A stretch of DNA of 64,000 bases, taken from Camelus ferus (Eukaryota). The notes under the pieces were generated by a model. That model saw nothing but the letters and a program-made list of their open reading frames with translations, made no database searches and was not told where the DNA came from. Each line of letters starts with the position of its first letter. The stretch's first letter is position 1. Made by a program: the position numbers and the translations under genes. The DNA is taken from NCBI RefSeq assembly GCF_009834535.1, contig NC_045696.1, positions 29,142,001 to 29,206,000 on the forward strand, read 5' to 3'. This document shows positions 12,813 through 25,331 of the stretch, in pieces.

Positions 12813-15800
12813 AACTGGAAATTCTACGTATCTTGAATTTCCAAGTAAATGTTGATTTGTTTCCAAATTTTCCCTTTAAACTTCCATACACAAAATGAGA
12901 TGAAATTAAATACTATGATGTCCTCTTAAAGGTGAAAACAGTTAAAGATATTTAATTTGGATGTAATGCCTTTTCAGAAGACTGGAAGAAAGGGAGCCAA
13001 TGCTAACCCTAAATATCAGTAATTTCTAAATTTTACACAGTAAAGAAGTAATCATCTACATCAAAAGACTGACACTCGCACTACCAATTGACAGCACTAA
13101 TCCAAGTTTCTCGCTGAGTTTGCAACAAAGGAATGCATTTATAAAGAATTATTAACAGAAGTCCTCTCACCAATGTCTTTCGCTAGGAGGGACATGGAAC
13201 AGTAATTGCAAGATTCCAGTGATGAAACTTGCACAGACAAACACGATTACAGTCTGCTTCAGTATTTCTTCAAGTCTAGACTTTTTAGGGTAAGGTAAGG
13301 AGGAAAAATAATTCGCTTAAAGCAGACCCTTTAATCTGAGACCCTTTGACAACTCTGAATCATTCATTCCACTAACCTATTATCATATTAAAAATGTTTG
13401 AAGTAGTTGGAGCCTCTTGTGTACATATGCTCAATATAATGTGAATTTAACACATGATTTTATTCATCAAGAATATCAGAAAAAAAATCTGCTGATAAAA
13501 ATCTCATTCATAGCCTATTTTTAAATATATAAGTAATCTGTTTTTCTCCCAGGGGGTCTGTCTCTTCCTTTTAATGTGGATGTGATGGGAAATTAGCTTA
13601 TGTTGAATGCTTTTGATAAAAAGTTTTAGGTAATTATTAACATGTTTATATATGTAAAGTAAAGAACCAGAAAAAATAAATAAAAGTAGTGAAGCCCAGA
13701 GGTGGGTAAAAGAATAAGAGACGGTGGAGATATAGATTGTTTCTGAATGGTAACTCAGTATACCCATAGCCAAAGTGAAAATGAAAGTTAGTATTGATAG
13801 TCATTCCAAGACCAGATAAAGAATCAGAAAATATTGAAGATGAGGATAATTTCCTCATGGCGAGAATGGAAAAACTCAATAAGGGTCAGAAATACAAGTA
13901 GTGAAGTACCAAGGGGCAGTGACAGTGGTAGTAGGTATCAGTGGATACACAAACAAATTCCAGTAGAGAAATGAAGATAATAACTTTAGCAGTAAGATTA
14001 AGATGCAAGTATTGTTAATTTAAAAGTATGAAAAACCTCAGGCAGTTAATGATATGCTCACAAATTACTTTCCATGAGAAATTATCAAATATCTGTAACT
14101 GGCTTTTTGTTTGTAATTGGCTTTCATTCTGATTTGAAACATTACAGCCCATGACATTTTTCTTCAGTTCATCCTCTTTGTCAGTCACCAAATAAATTGT
14201 TTTTAAACAATCTTTAATGTTAATTCCTTTTCTTCTCATAAGACCTCCATCCCATTGATGCTTTCATTATCTCTGGCCTCACTTACTGTGACAACTCAAA
14301 ATACTTCCATATGCCTCTGTTTTCCCTGCAACCAATAGGAAAGAAAAGAATGGCTCCATGTGGCAAGTAAGATCTACTTGAACTATCCAAACATCTTACT
14401 GATGTCAATTCTCTCTCATTCAAATTCTCTACCATAGTAGCAGTGATCAATGTAGGGTTTTCCAATCAAGTCAGACTTGAGATGAGAACCAAGTCTTTGC
14501 ACATAATATTAAGTCGACTTGAGACTTTCTATTTATTTTTTTTCTCCCTCGGTTCCCAAAATTATTCATGAAATAAAGCACAGAATCTACTTCCTTCTTT
14601 AACTAATTATAGTGCTATTTGTATGGTAGGCTTTCTAGAATAACAGCTTTAACGTTTGGACCAGAGATCTAAGATAAGGGACTGAGTTATTAAGAGGAAT
14701 TACAAATTCATAAGCACACAAAGCACTGCCTATGGGCTGTATAAAAATAAATATCATGTAAAAATTATATAAAATATTAAATATATGTATACAATTTTAT
14801 GTATTATAGATACTTCTTTAAAACATATTTTACAGTCATTTTTTACTTAAAATTTAAAATGCAAAACAGGAATCTTGTACCTCAACACTTAGAGGTCTTT
14901 CATCTAACTTTTCAAATTGCAAGAACATAAATTATACAACGAATTAATACTTGATGTTGGTAAAATTTTTGTTTTTAAATTCAGGCCAGGGATTCTGGAG
15001 TAATATATTAATGAATCATTCTATTCTCTATAGATAAAACCTCATTAGTTTTGAGGTTAGACGCTTTGGGCAAGATGTGAGGAAATTCTTTTTGCTTCAT
15101 GATTAAACAATTTATAACCTTTAATTTTTTTATAAAAAATATATTCTTGGGGAAAAAAAATTTATGAGAAGAAACTTGGACATACAAGATTATATCAAAC
15201 TTTATTGTCCTAAAAACCAGACTATGAAACTCTACTCTTAATATGACATAGGCAATACATGCCAATATTTGCTCTATTTTCAATCTGATACGCTACTGTG
15301 TACTTACATCTATCCATTATCCCTTTTTATTTTAAATTAGAGAAATGGTTTTATATTTAATTGATCTTACCAAGGCCTAAATGTATTCTTATAACTGAAA
15401 AAAATAGGAAAAATATAAACTGCTCTAAATCCTTTTGAGCGACAAAATTTTACTATTATTACTCTGGTCTTTCAAAATACAGTAGTGGGACATATTTAGA
15501 TTTCTGAAAGCATATAAATGATACTAGCTGAGAACATTTTATGTGAGGAATAGTTAAAATATACTAGTCAGTATTTTAATGGGAAAAAGTGAAAGATGTA
15601 ATAACACATCCATATGTCCTCAACATTTCTTCCTATTTGCCATGAAAGGCAATAGCCTATAAAATTCTACATGATTGAAACATCTTTAAAATTCAAATTG
15701 GTGACAGAATACAATAAGCCTAATATAAATAGCCAGATCAATTTGGATCAAGTTTTTGAAATGAAAACCTCAATTCTAGCTGAGGGCAGAATCCACACTT

Positions 15801-17074
15801 GGATAGCTTCAGATATGGGAGGAAGAAGTGGGATGATCTGCTCCCCATTCATGTCTGATGGTACTCCACGGGAAATATTTCTCCTGGACAGTTTTATTTT
15901 AGAAAATAAATAATGAGAATTCATTCAGCCATATTGACTATTTTTAAGACTCTCAGGCAAGGCTGGACTTCCTCTAAAAGTGTGCTTCAACCTCCAAAGA
16001 AAACAAATCTAAGACTTCTTCCACTGTGAGAGGGATAGTAGAATGAGGATAAGGCATATAGTTCCAGTATGTAGGAGAGGACATAAACTGTTGTCTGACC
16101 ACTCTCCAAAACAAGTACTCCCATCCTTTATTCACTAATGAAAATGTTCTCTACCATGAAGCTCACTTCTGAATAATTCTCCTCCTAAGAAATGATTATC
16201 AGATAAGAATGACAACATGTGAAAGCAAAAGGAAAGTGTAGCTCAATTGAAAGATTCTTCCATATTTTAGACAGACAAGAATATCTATCTAATATCACAG
16301 ACTAGTATCACTTAACTGGAATATTTGGCTCCAAACCTGATCAAAATATAAATTTGGTCCAATAGAGCTAATAACATTGCTAGTTATCAAGATAACTATA
16401 TTCACTTAATGATGTTTTTTAAAAGTTTTCTCTAAGAGTTTTTTACCCATGAAGAATATAAAATTTTCTTGTAAATGTGTGTCAATATACAAACATAGGC
16501 AATTAAATCAATAAAAGAAATGATTAATCTGAACAGAACATAAAGTTATCCCTATTTGTTTAAAAAACAAAAGAATTTTTCATTCACCTTCTTATAAAGG
16601 GATTTTAGTAACCATTTATGTAGTGATTTAGCAATGATAAGTGAAAAACTGAAGAAAGATAATGTCACTAATTCTCATATATAAATGATAATTTAGTAGG
16701 ATGTATAGACTATAGGAAAATGCTGATAAGCTGCAAATCATTCTGCTTGATTGTTTTCTTCCAAATAGTTGTCTGGTTAACATAATGTTAAACATGGAAT
16801 TATTTGCTTAAAAATTTGATATTGAAAAAGGTTTCCAATATATGTTTATCTTTTGCTTGAGTCTCAAGACATTAGTGATGAGCTGTGAACTCTAGAGTTG
16901 GACAGATTTAAGTGCAAATTAAGGCTTTATCCTTTATTCAATGTCTGGATTTACATACTACACTTTTATTTCTTACTCAGTGAAAATCTAAAGTAAATGC
17001 TTCTGGTCAGCCAGGACTTGTGGTAGGTGGTAGGGAGAAGAGGGACACATGAGTTGGTAAAGGTACAAGAATAA

Positions 17075-17332
17075 ATGTTTGCCATCTTCAATTTATAACT
17101 ACCAATGTATTCCTAGATACTACTCCCCAGTCTTCTGAAAGAAGAAAGAGTACACAGAATCAAGTGTGTACACTGTTCGTGACAGTGACGTATCATTTCT
17201 ACTCATCTTCCATTGATTGAAATTTAACTGTATGACCACACCTAACTATAAGGAAGGCTAAGATGCTGTTTGACTCTGTGGCTAAGAAGAAGAGAAAATG
17301 AATTTATTGAATAGCTAGAAGTCTCTGCCACC
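17075..17332 (-). mobile_element. MaLR LTR fragment (MLT1I/J-like)
   Basis: ATGACCACACCTAACTATAAGGAAGGCTAAGATG...GAATAGCTAGAAGTCTCTGCCAC terminus. Confidence 0.7.
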
Positions 17333-17989
17333 ACCTACCACATACAACTATATTGCAGATTGAATGACATAATATAAAGTTCAGTTATTGGCCATGCAAG
17401 GTTAAAACAATATTTGCTATTATTATTAATGTCAGTGTTACCATTTTGAACTTCCTTTCTCATTATAGAGCTTTCAGGTTGTGAAAGAGACTGTAAATTG
17501 GTTAAATATTTACTTTTTCCCAGAGAGAGTCTGAAAATTTCTTTTCTAACACTCTTATACAACTTTCTTATTTTGATGTAATGAAAAGAGAGTGAACTTT
17601 GGAGTTATACTAACTGGAGACTAGACCTCTACTTTCTTACTTAATACCTGGGTTATACAAATTAGTAAAGGATTATTGAATATCTACAAATATTTCACTT
17701 TGTACTGTGCTCTCAGAACATAGATAAATTCAAAGTTTCATTGCATAAACATTAAAAAATGACAATATTTAAAAATGAGTCCAATTATGGTGATAAATTC
17801 AGATAGTGAATATAGTTAATGTGAAAAGCAGACTATTTGATGACATCAAGTAAAATGGTTATTAAAAAATGAAGGACTTGAACTTGAGCTGTGGCTTAAA
17901 AAAGAAGAAAAACACATTTGACCAACTTTTCACATGTGGAGAAACAGTATTTGATTAATAATTGAAAGTTGAGGAAATAAAGAAGGAAA

Positions 17990-18870
17990 AAATTCAAAGC
18001 TATTTTCAAAATGTAATCACCTGAGGAAGATATAATATTACCTGAGCAGAGAACACGTGATAAAAAGTAGCTTTAGTAGAAAAAAACAGTAATTTAAGTC
18101 TTAAGTGTGTAAGTTTTGAGAGTTTCCTGTATGGATTACATTGAAAATGCCTGTTGGTAGTTAAAATTGTCTGGAAAATAGAAAATTTATGGTTAGAGAT
18201 AAAGATTTCAGAATAATGAACATAAACATGAATTACTGGGTGAAAGCTAATCAGAAAAAAGGCAAAGAAATAAACTCTGGGCAGGGACCAGGAGGAACTC
18301 ACGAGGTAAGAGAAGTGAGAGAGAGCAGTGATGACACAGAATCAAAGGGTTAGAGAACGAAGGAGGAGGAAACAATCAACAGAATTACCAGTTTCTTTTT
18401 AAAACATTTTTACCTTGGTCAGGTACTTGGAAATGCCAGTTTGCATGAGGACCAAATCACCTAGAGGTCCAGATTGCATTTAGTTAAGCAATAAAAGAGA
18501 TTAGAGAAACTGAAGACTGTAACTGCAGACAAATCAGTAACTTGCTTGGTAAGAAGGAAGAAAGCAGCATGGAAGTAACATAACAAGAAAATAGGTCAGA
18601 GATTTTAATTTTTAGGATAGAAAATATTGCAATATGCTTTAAAAATTGAGATGAAGAAGTCAGTGGGAAAGAGAGTTATATTATAATAGGAAAAAAAGCC
18701 AATGTGAATGTGAAAACTATAAGCTTGAAAAGGAGCTGAAATACCGCTTCTACTAAGACAAGTGAAGTCAGGGACATCACATGGTGGATGAAAGGGAAGA
18801 TGAGGAAACCATGGCTCTGTTTCCTAGTGAATAATGAACAAGGTCATGTGTGCCAGGTGAAGAGAGTGAG
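17990..18870 (-). mobile_element. L2 fragment
   Basis: Purine-rich degenerate L2 3' region motifs (TGTGTAAGTTTTGAG, GAGATAAAGATTTCAG). Confidence 0.5.
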
Positions 18871-18889
18871 TTTCAAGGTGCATATTTTA

Positions 18890-19720
18890 CTTATTCATTT
18901 ATTCAAAAAATATTTTTTCATTGCTAAGTTCTAAGCACTAAGGCTCTGGGAAACAGAAAATTGAATTCAACATGCTTTGTAACTTCAGAGTGCTTACACT
19001 TTGATAAGGAAGACACATAAGGAAATCAGTGATAAGAGAACTGTGTGATGACTGTTGCAATAGAAATGAGGACAGGGTGCTTCTTAACGGAAAGGGAGCT
19101 CTAACATAATGCATGGGAGAAGAGAGGAAAGGAAATCTTCCTGAAGGAAACAAGGCTAAAGATGAATCTGAAGGCTGAAGAGTATTTATGTAGGCAGTTA
19201 AGGAACTGGAAAGGGTGTTCTTGGTAGAGGAAGACAGCATGACCGAAGGCAGAGTTAGAAAACAGAATGATAAATTCAGAAATTGGGATTTGCTTATATG
19301 GCTGGAACTTAGTGAATTTAGCACTTGAGTGAGGGATTCATAGCTGTGATTAGAGGTACTCAAGAGCTGAATTGCAAAGCACATCTTGGGCCAAACAATG
19401 CAGTTTAAGTTGTACTTTCAGATAAGTTATGGTGATCTATGTTAACATTTAAAATGAAGGTAGGCTCATCAGATCTGCATTTGAAAATGAATACTCAGAT
19501 TCAAGGAAGAGGATGACCTGCTAGAGGCAGAAAGACTAGTTTAGGCAAACTGATCTAAGGCAAGAGAGATGGAAAATAGATGCAAAATATAAGAGCTATT
19601 TAGGAATTGAAGCTTGCATGATAAGGCTTGGAAGTAGAAAGATGTTTCCTAATATGAAGCATAGGTCTTTCTTTAATGGATACCAATAATAAGGTAAAGA
19701 CTAAAGAAGATGATGTAGTC
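18890..19720 (-). mobile_element. L2 3' portion
   Basis: TTATTCATTTATTCAAAAAATATT is the reverse complement of the L2 tail; followed by typical L2 3' motifs (GAATCTGAAGGCTGAAGAGT, ATCAGATCTGCATTT). Confidence 0.7.
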
Positions 19721-19735
19721 TTGAACTTTTGTTAA

Positions 19736-19773
19736 TGCATCAGTAAGAGTTCAACCAGAGAAGCAGAACCAGT

Positions 19774-19820
<47 letters not shown>

Positions 19821-19940
19821 AGAGAGAGGGAGAGAGAGATTTATAATAAGGAACTGGCTTATATTGTAAGGATTGGGGCTGGTAAAGCAAGGCCAAGATC
19901 CATAGAATTTCCTTTCTAGGGTTTAAGTGATTCGAACTTA
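19736..19940 (-). mobile_element. MLT2 (ERVL) LTR fragment
   Basis: TGCATCAGTAAGAGTTCAACCAGAGAAGCAGAACCAGTAG...GAGATTTATAATAAGGAACTGGCTTA, the typical MLT2 end with an internal microsatellite. Confidence 0.75.
19776..19839. repeat. (CA)n(GA)n compound microsatellite
   Basis: Directly visible. Confidence 0.97.
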
Positions 19941-20825
19941 TTTATATGGTGAAGGAGAGAATCTGTTGAAAGTTAGAAGGAGTAAGGGTAGAAAAGAATG
20001 GAGCAAAACAATAACCTGAGTATGGCAGTGGAGAACCAGAAGGATTTGGACAACTCCAACTGGCCCTTTATAGTGTGGTTAGAAGAAAATGCCTCAAATT
20101 GAAAGGCTACTTGGGTACCCTTATTGTAGGGATAAACTCATTTATCAATACATATGTGGAAGTAGGTAATGTAAAAGAATTTAAGTTTTCTTAGCAATAG
20201 GCACAAAGGTTACAATTTAGTTTTAATGAAAACATTAGATCACTTGGAGTCAGAAGATAAACAGAAATGTTATGGGGGAAATCAAACCATAGTCTTCTCA
20301 TTTAGCATCTGGATATGAAGTTGTGATATTGCCATTAATTCTACTCCCAGAGCCATGCTTTTTGCTCACTGTAGCAGTTTTGAGCTACAATGGCAAGAGA
20401 TGTGTACTATATTGCCATTGTCATAGCAGTTAGAGCCATAAGGGTAGTGAAAATGTCAAGATCTCCCTATCCAGCAGCCCCCACCTTATCAGAGCTTTGA
20501 CTGTCAGCCCAGTTATAAAGCAACAATGTATTCTGCTGTGCATGCTTATGTCCCAAGTGCTCCCAGAATATCCTGTTGGTCCCTCTATCTCCAGGAGACT
20601 CTTTAAAATTAAGGAAATCAATCAGTACATAGATTTCATATATATTTAGATTTCACAGGGAATAATGTTCCTATTATACATTCAAAAAACAGAGAAGGAA
20701 TAAAGCTAAGAAGGATGATAACAGGGAGCAGTAAAGGAAGGAAGGAGGATACAGGTATTATGCAAGTCTTTATCTTGGTATGTAAGTAATTAAATTAAAA
20801 AAACAAAAAACAAAAAAAAAAAACA

Positions 20826-20876
20826 CTACACCAGAAACTGACCCAGCATTGAAACTGAATATACTTCAATAAAAAT
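20826..20876 (+). mobile_element. Extremely truncated L1 3' tail
   Basis: TACACCAGAAACTGACCCAGCATTGAAACTGAATATACTTCAATAAAAA matches the last ~50 nt of the L1 copies at 107-425 and 4441-4950. Confidence 0.75.
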
Positions 20877-20916
20877 ATATCTTAAAAAACCCACTACTAC
20901 ACAACAATAAAAATAC

Positions 20917-21391
20917 TGTATTAGTTTCCTAGGGCTACAATAACAAATTTCTACAAACCAGGTGTATTAAAACAATAGAAAGCTACTTTCTCAAATTTCT
21001 GGAATCTAGAAGTGCAAAATCTAAGAGTCAACAAGGCCATGATCTTTCTGAAGTCCCCAGGGAAGAATCCTTCTTTGCCTCTTCCTAGCTTCTGGAATCC
21101 TACAATCCTTGGCATTCCTTGGCTTGTAGTTACATCATGCAAATTTCTACCTGCCTTCACATAGCCATCTTCCCTGTGAATGTGTCTGTGTCTCTGTCTC
21201 TAAATATCCCTCTTTTTTAAATTTTACAGACACAAGTCATTGGATGTTGGGCCCATTCTAAACCAATATGACCCCATCTTAGTTTGATTACATACACAAA
21301 GATTCTATTTCCAAATAAAGTCACATTCATAGGAACTGGGAATATAGGACTTAAATATATCTTTTGAGGGGACATAACTAAAGCCACTATA
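20917..21391 (-). mobile_element. MaLR solo LTR (MLT1C-like)
   Basis: TGTATTAGTTTCCTAGGGCT...GAATCCTTCTTTGCCTCTTCCTAGCTTCTGG...CTATTTCCAAATAAAGTCACATTC. Confidence 0.85.
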
Positions 21392-21487
21392 ATAATGTTT
21401 ACCAAAGGAAAAAAAATTGCTTTATCTTACATTATTTCAAGTTCTGAAATAAATGAACTATCATTTCTTCTTAGTCTTGTCTCAGCA

Positions 21488-21615
21488 ATCTAGTTCTCTC
21501 ATCTATAAAATGAGGACAATACTAGTTTCTGTCTTCTCAGGTTATTGTGAGGATTGGGTTCATTAAACACATCTAGTGTTTAGAATAGCTTCTGGCAATA
21601 TAGTAGGCACATTGT
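21488..21615 (+). mobile_element. MIR SINE fragment
   Basis: CTCATCTATAAAATGAGGACAATA...GGTTATTGTGAGGATT...TAGTAGGCAC. Confidence 0.75.
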
Positions 21616-22854
21616 AGGTGTGAGATGGGCAGCCTTGTAACACCTGCTGTCCCCTCCCACAACAATGATCCTGCCAAGCCTTTACCCTAAAGAAACGAAA
21701 AGATTAGCTAAATCTTATTGTCCACACAGTGTGGGAAGGCGCCAATCTATTAGTGAGACAGCACTAATTAAAGTATTTTTATCAAGTTTCCCCTATTGTT
21801 TCTGCAACACTCTGTAATTGGACAATTTACTCTATTAGACAATGACCTTGGGTATTGTGGTTGGTGTTAGCATCCCATTCTCAGTCAATTTCTAACAGAA
21901 GCAGGTGAACTCTCTTAATTGGTATGCCCGGGGAGAAATACAAACATGTCAAATGAATAACCATCAGGTAATACACAGTGTTGGATGACATTCACTTTCT
22001 CCTCTGCCAACTGCCTTTAAGGTAAACTTGGTAACAAAGCAGGACAACTTTTCCTCTTCTATACAGAGGTAAGATTAGCTCATTTAAAAGGTGTAATAGG
22101 GGAGGAAGGGAGCCTAAGTGAGCATGGTAGGCCAGCGGCATTGATTCCCACCTAGTAAGTGCTATTAATAGAAAAGCTTATGGTGAAGAAAACAATAGAT
22201 ATGCTATTTGAAGATCTGTTTTAATTCCACGTCAGTCAAAAGCCTCTTTATTCATTTATAACTATCACAAAACTAAAGGAATTAAATCTCTCCCCAGCCA
22301 TCAGCCCAATTAATTGGTAATGCTATTTTGCAGACCCAAGCTGGGAAATTCTTACCTTAACCAGCATTGTGTGTGCCAACTGTTTGCTCGTTTAAGCTGA
22401 AGATTCCGGGGGAGAAAATACAATGATTTCTTTGGTAATTTGTGATCCTAAAGATCTATCTAATCAAACAATGAATCTTAAAATTGTGAATAATCCCCTT
22501 TTCTACAGGAGCTTCACTGTGTAGAAAAATTAACCAGGGAGTTGTAATAAACAGTGAATCCTAGTCCTGCCTAGTTTGGGGTTAGTTTGCATAGTGCCCT
22601 AAAATCCATTGACAGCAGCCAGATAGTTGAATCCTTTATTTTTATACTGAATCTAAGGAGGGAGGGAGGAAAAAGAAGGAGGCCAGAATTAATCCCAATA
22701 TTTTAACTAGGAAGAGAACACTGATATTTTCTTGTTTTTCTCTAATGACACACACACACACACACACACACGTATATACATTCAAAATAAATTAAAATCC
22801 TTCTCTAATTTTCTGTCTAGTTATCATGATAGCATTCCCATCAAAGACTTAGAT

Positions 22855-23058
22855 CAGTGCTTTTCAAACCTGTTGGCTCATTAGCATCACCTGGTCATTT
22901 TAAGACCTTGTGACGCCTAAGCTGGACCTAGATCAATTAAATCAGAACTGGGAGGAATAGGAGATGGGATTCCTACGTAGGCATTTTTCTTTTTTTTTCT
23001 TCCTGAAGTAGTCTAGCCTTCTAGGAAGTATCCTTTCTGAAGTAGTTGGGAGCCACTG
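22855..23058. mobile_element. MER5-type hAT MITE
   Basis: Termini CAGTGC...CCACTG; internal ATTAGCATCACCTGG and AATTAAATCAGAA; degenerate 8-bp TSD ACTTAGAT / ACTGACAT. Confidence 0.75.
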
Positions 23059-24487
23059 ACTGACATGGCTAGAGTTTGATATTTTAAGCACTTCATTTTG
23101 TTCATCTTCCACATCTGTTCATTGTTGTTTCCCCAGTTTGTAGAAATCGCTACTCATTGTTAATAAGGTTCTTACACTGAGAAAGCACATTTGCTTCTTC
23201 ATTTCCCCTTTCCTTTCCTTTGGGATTTCTGGCATTGGGCTACGTGGGTATTAACTTCTTGACCTTTCTAAGGTATAACCACATTAGGCTAGTTCTATGA
23301 TAGCACTGATAACAAAAGTGCCTATTAAGGATCCTATTTCTGTGTAATTGTCTAGAAAACAACACAAATATAGTTAATGCTCTTTAGAATTCTGCACTGA
23401 TAATAATTGAAATACAACCAAAACACATTAGCTTTAAAAAGGGTTCAGTCTATATTCACATTAGCAGCAACTCAGGTTATCTAGCCATAATTACACCAAT
23501 TTTTCCTAAAGTATGTCCCTTCTTGTTGCTTAAATAGCCCTTTAGGTGTTAGATTACTGCTCTAGAAGTCAGATTACTGCTTAGCTTTTAAGAATTGTGA
23601 GTCGTTTAGTAGGGTCAGAAGGCCTAGAACAACTCAGCTACCTCAAACACAAGAGAATTGTATATCAGTCTATTTCCAAAAGGACAATGGCCTGAGGTGC
23701 AGTGTGCATTATAAATAAAATGCACTTCTGCAGCAGTGTAATTTCAATATTTGTTCATTTATTTCCACACCAGAATGGAAAAAACAAAAAAAACTTTGTT
23801 CATAGCCAATAGCAACATATGCATTTCTTATACTATTGCTTCCAAGATATGCCAGACAATGCTACTTTCAAGAAAGGATTCATTTGCAAATCTGGCAGAC
23901 TTTGTTATCTATTTCTAAGATATTCTTAGCAACCTTTAAGACTGAAAGGCAGGTGCATTTCTTATGACAATACTATCTGCCTGACCACGATTGTGAAAAA
24001 ATAAGTAAGTAAAATAAAAATAAATAAGCATGTTACTATTTGAAATGCAGCAGTGTAAACTGTAAAGGAATGGACTAACAATACTACAAAATTCACCATG
24101 CGTTGAAGGCCACACAAGAGCAGGCCTACAGATCATTTCATTGTGTGTTACTTCACCAGCTCAGAGCATTGATCTGATGTCTTTCATGTATCACACTATT
24201 GATATCAGAGTGGCAAGATCAATTGTATAGGTGGCCCCACAGACCGCTCTGTTAAGTTTATTAGTAGTTATTTAGCATCCACAGCCAGAAAGTCAATTTG
24301 TTTCTGTACTGTTTCTCATTAGTGTATATGTTTTCTTTTGCTTTTGCAGGATTACCCAACCCATTTTTGAGAAAGCAATTTAAATGGTCTATCCTTGCAT
24401 ATACTATCAACTTTCAATCAAGTACCTCCATAGCAAACACAATTTTGCTCCCAGACAAAAGAAGAACAAAACAAATGGTCTTCTTTT

Positions 24488-24614
24488 CTTTTTTTTGGAG
24501 GAGGGGGGCAGTAATTAGGTTTATTTGTTTGTTTATTAATGGTGGTACTAGGGATTGAACCTAGGACCTCATGCATGCTGGGCACACACTCTACCACTGA
24601 GCTATACCTTCCCC
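24488..24614 (-). mobile_element. tRNA-derived SINE (camelid vic-1-like)
   Basis: Minus strand reads GGGGAAGGTATAGCTCAGTGGTAGAG (A box)...GGTTCAATCCCTAG (B box), then an A-rich tail; near-perfect TSD TGGTCTTCTTTT (24476-24487) / TGGCTTTCTTTT (24615-24626). Confidence 0.9.
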
Positions 24615-25331
24615 TGGCTTTCTTTTATCGCTGTTCTTCCTAGTAAATTAACTGGCAGAGGTCACTCACATTGGCTAGAAGAGTGGTATGATTTTCATCT
24701 CATATTGCCATAGAAGGGAGAGTGTTGCATAGGATTTAGTTGTGAATACAGGAATAAAATGTCAGCCAAAACTAAAAACTTCTGGATGTTTAACTCAGCC
24801 GTTATGGGTTTCTTATTGTGGAGCCTGTCCTGCCTGTCAGCCAGTAAATATGTATTAGATACCCACAACTTCCCAAGAGTAATTAAAAATTAAACAGATT
24901 TCTTCATCTCCTGGGCCTACAGTTCACTATAAAATCATAATTATCAGAATTCATTCTTATTCACTTGGCTCTCTGATATATTCAATTCAAGCCTATAAAT
25001 ATTTATAGCATGCTGCTTTCTACTGTCGAAAAGTTTACAGTCTTGTATGAATGATAACGCAAGCACATATAACTAGCTACTCAAACGAGCTGAGTGCCGT
25101 GAGACAAGCATGAATGAAGTACGATGGTTCAAAGTATGGGTAATGATTCTTTTCACCAGAAGCCCACATGGCAGGGTAAGTACCAAGGTAAGTCAGCAGA
25201 ATTTCTAAATGTCATTGAGGATATTTAAGTACAGAGAGACTGTAAGTGGGCTACACAAGATAGATGACCTGACTTACACCAACAAGGACATGAAGCATCT
25301 TCTGCTTCTGGTCATAATGGATTTCTGACAC

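Noticed and set aside
18938..19384. 148-aa Ser/Leu-rich ORF
   Set aside because: Lies in a decayed L2; its composition reflects the pyrimidine-rich strand.
24540..24614. tRNA-like sequence with A and B boxes
   Set aside because: It has a SINE body, an A-tail and a TSD, so it is a SINE head and not a tRNA gene.
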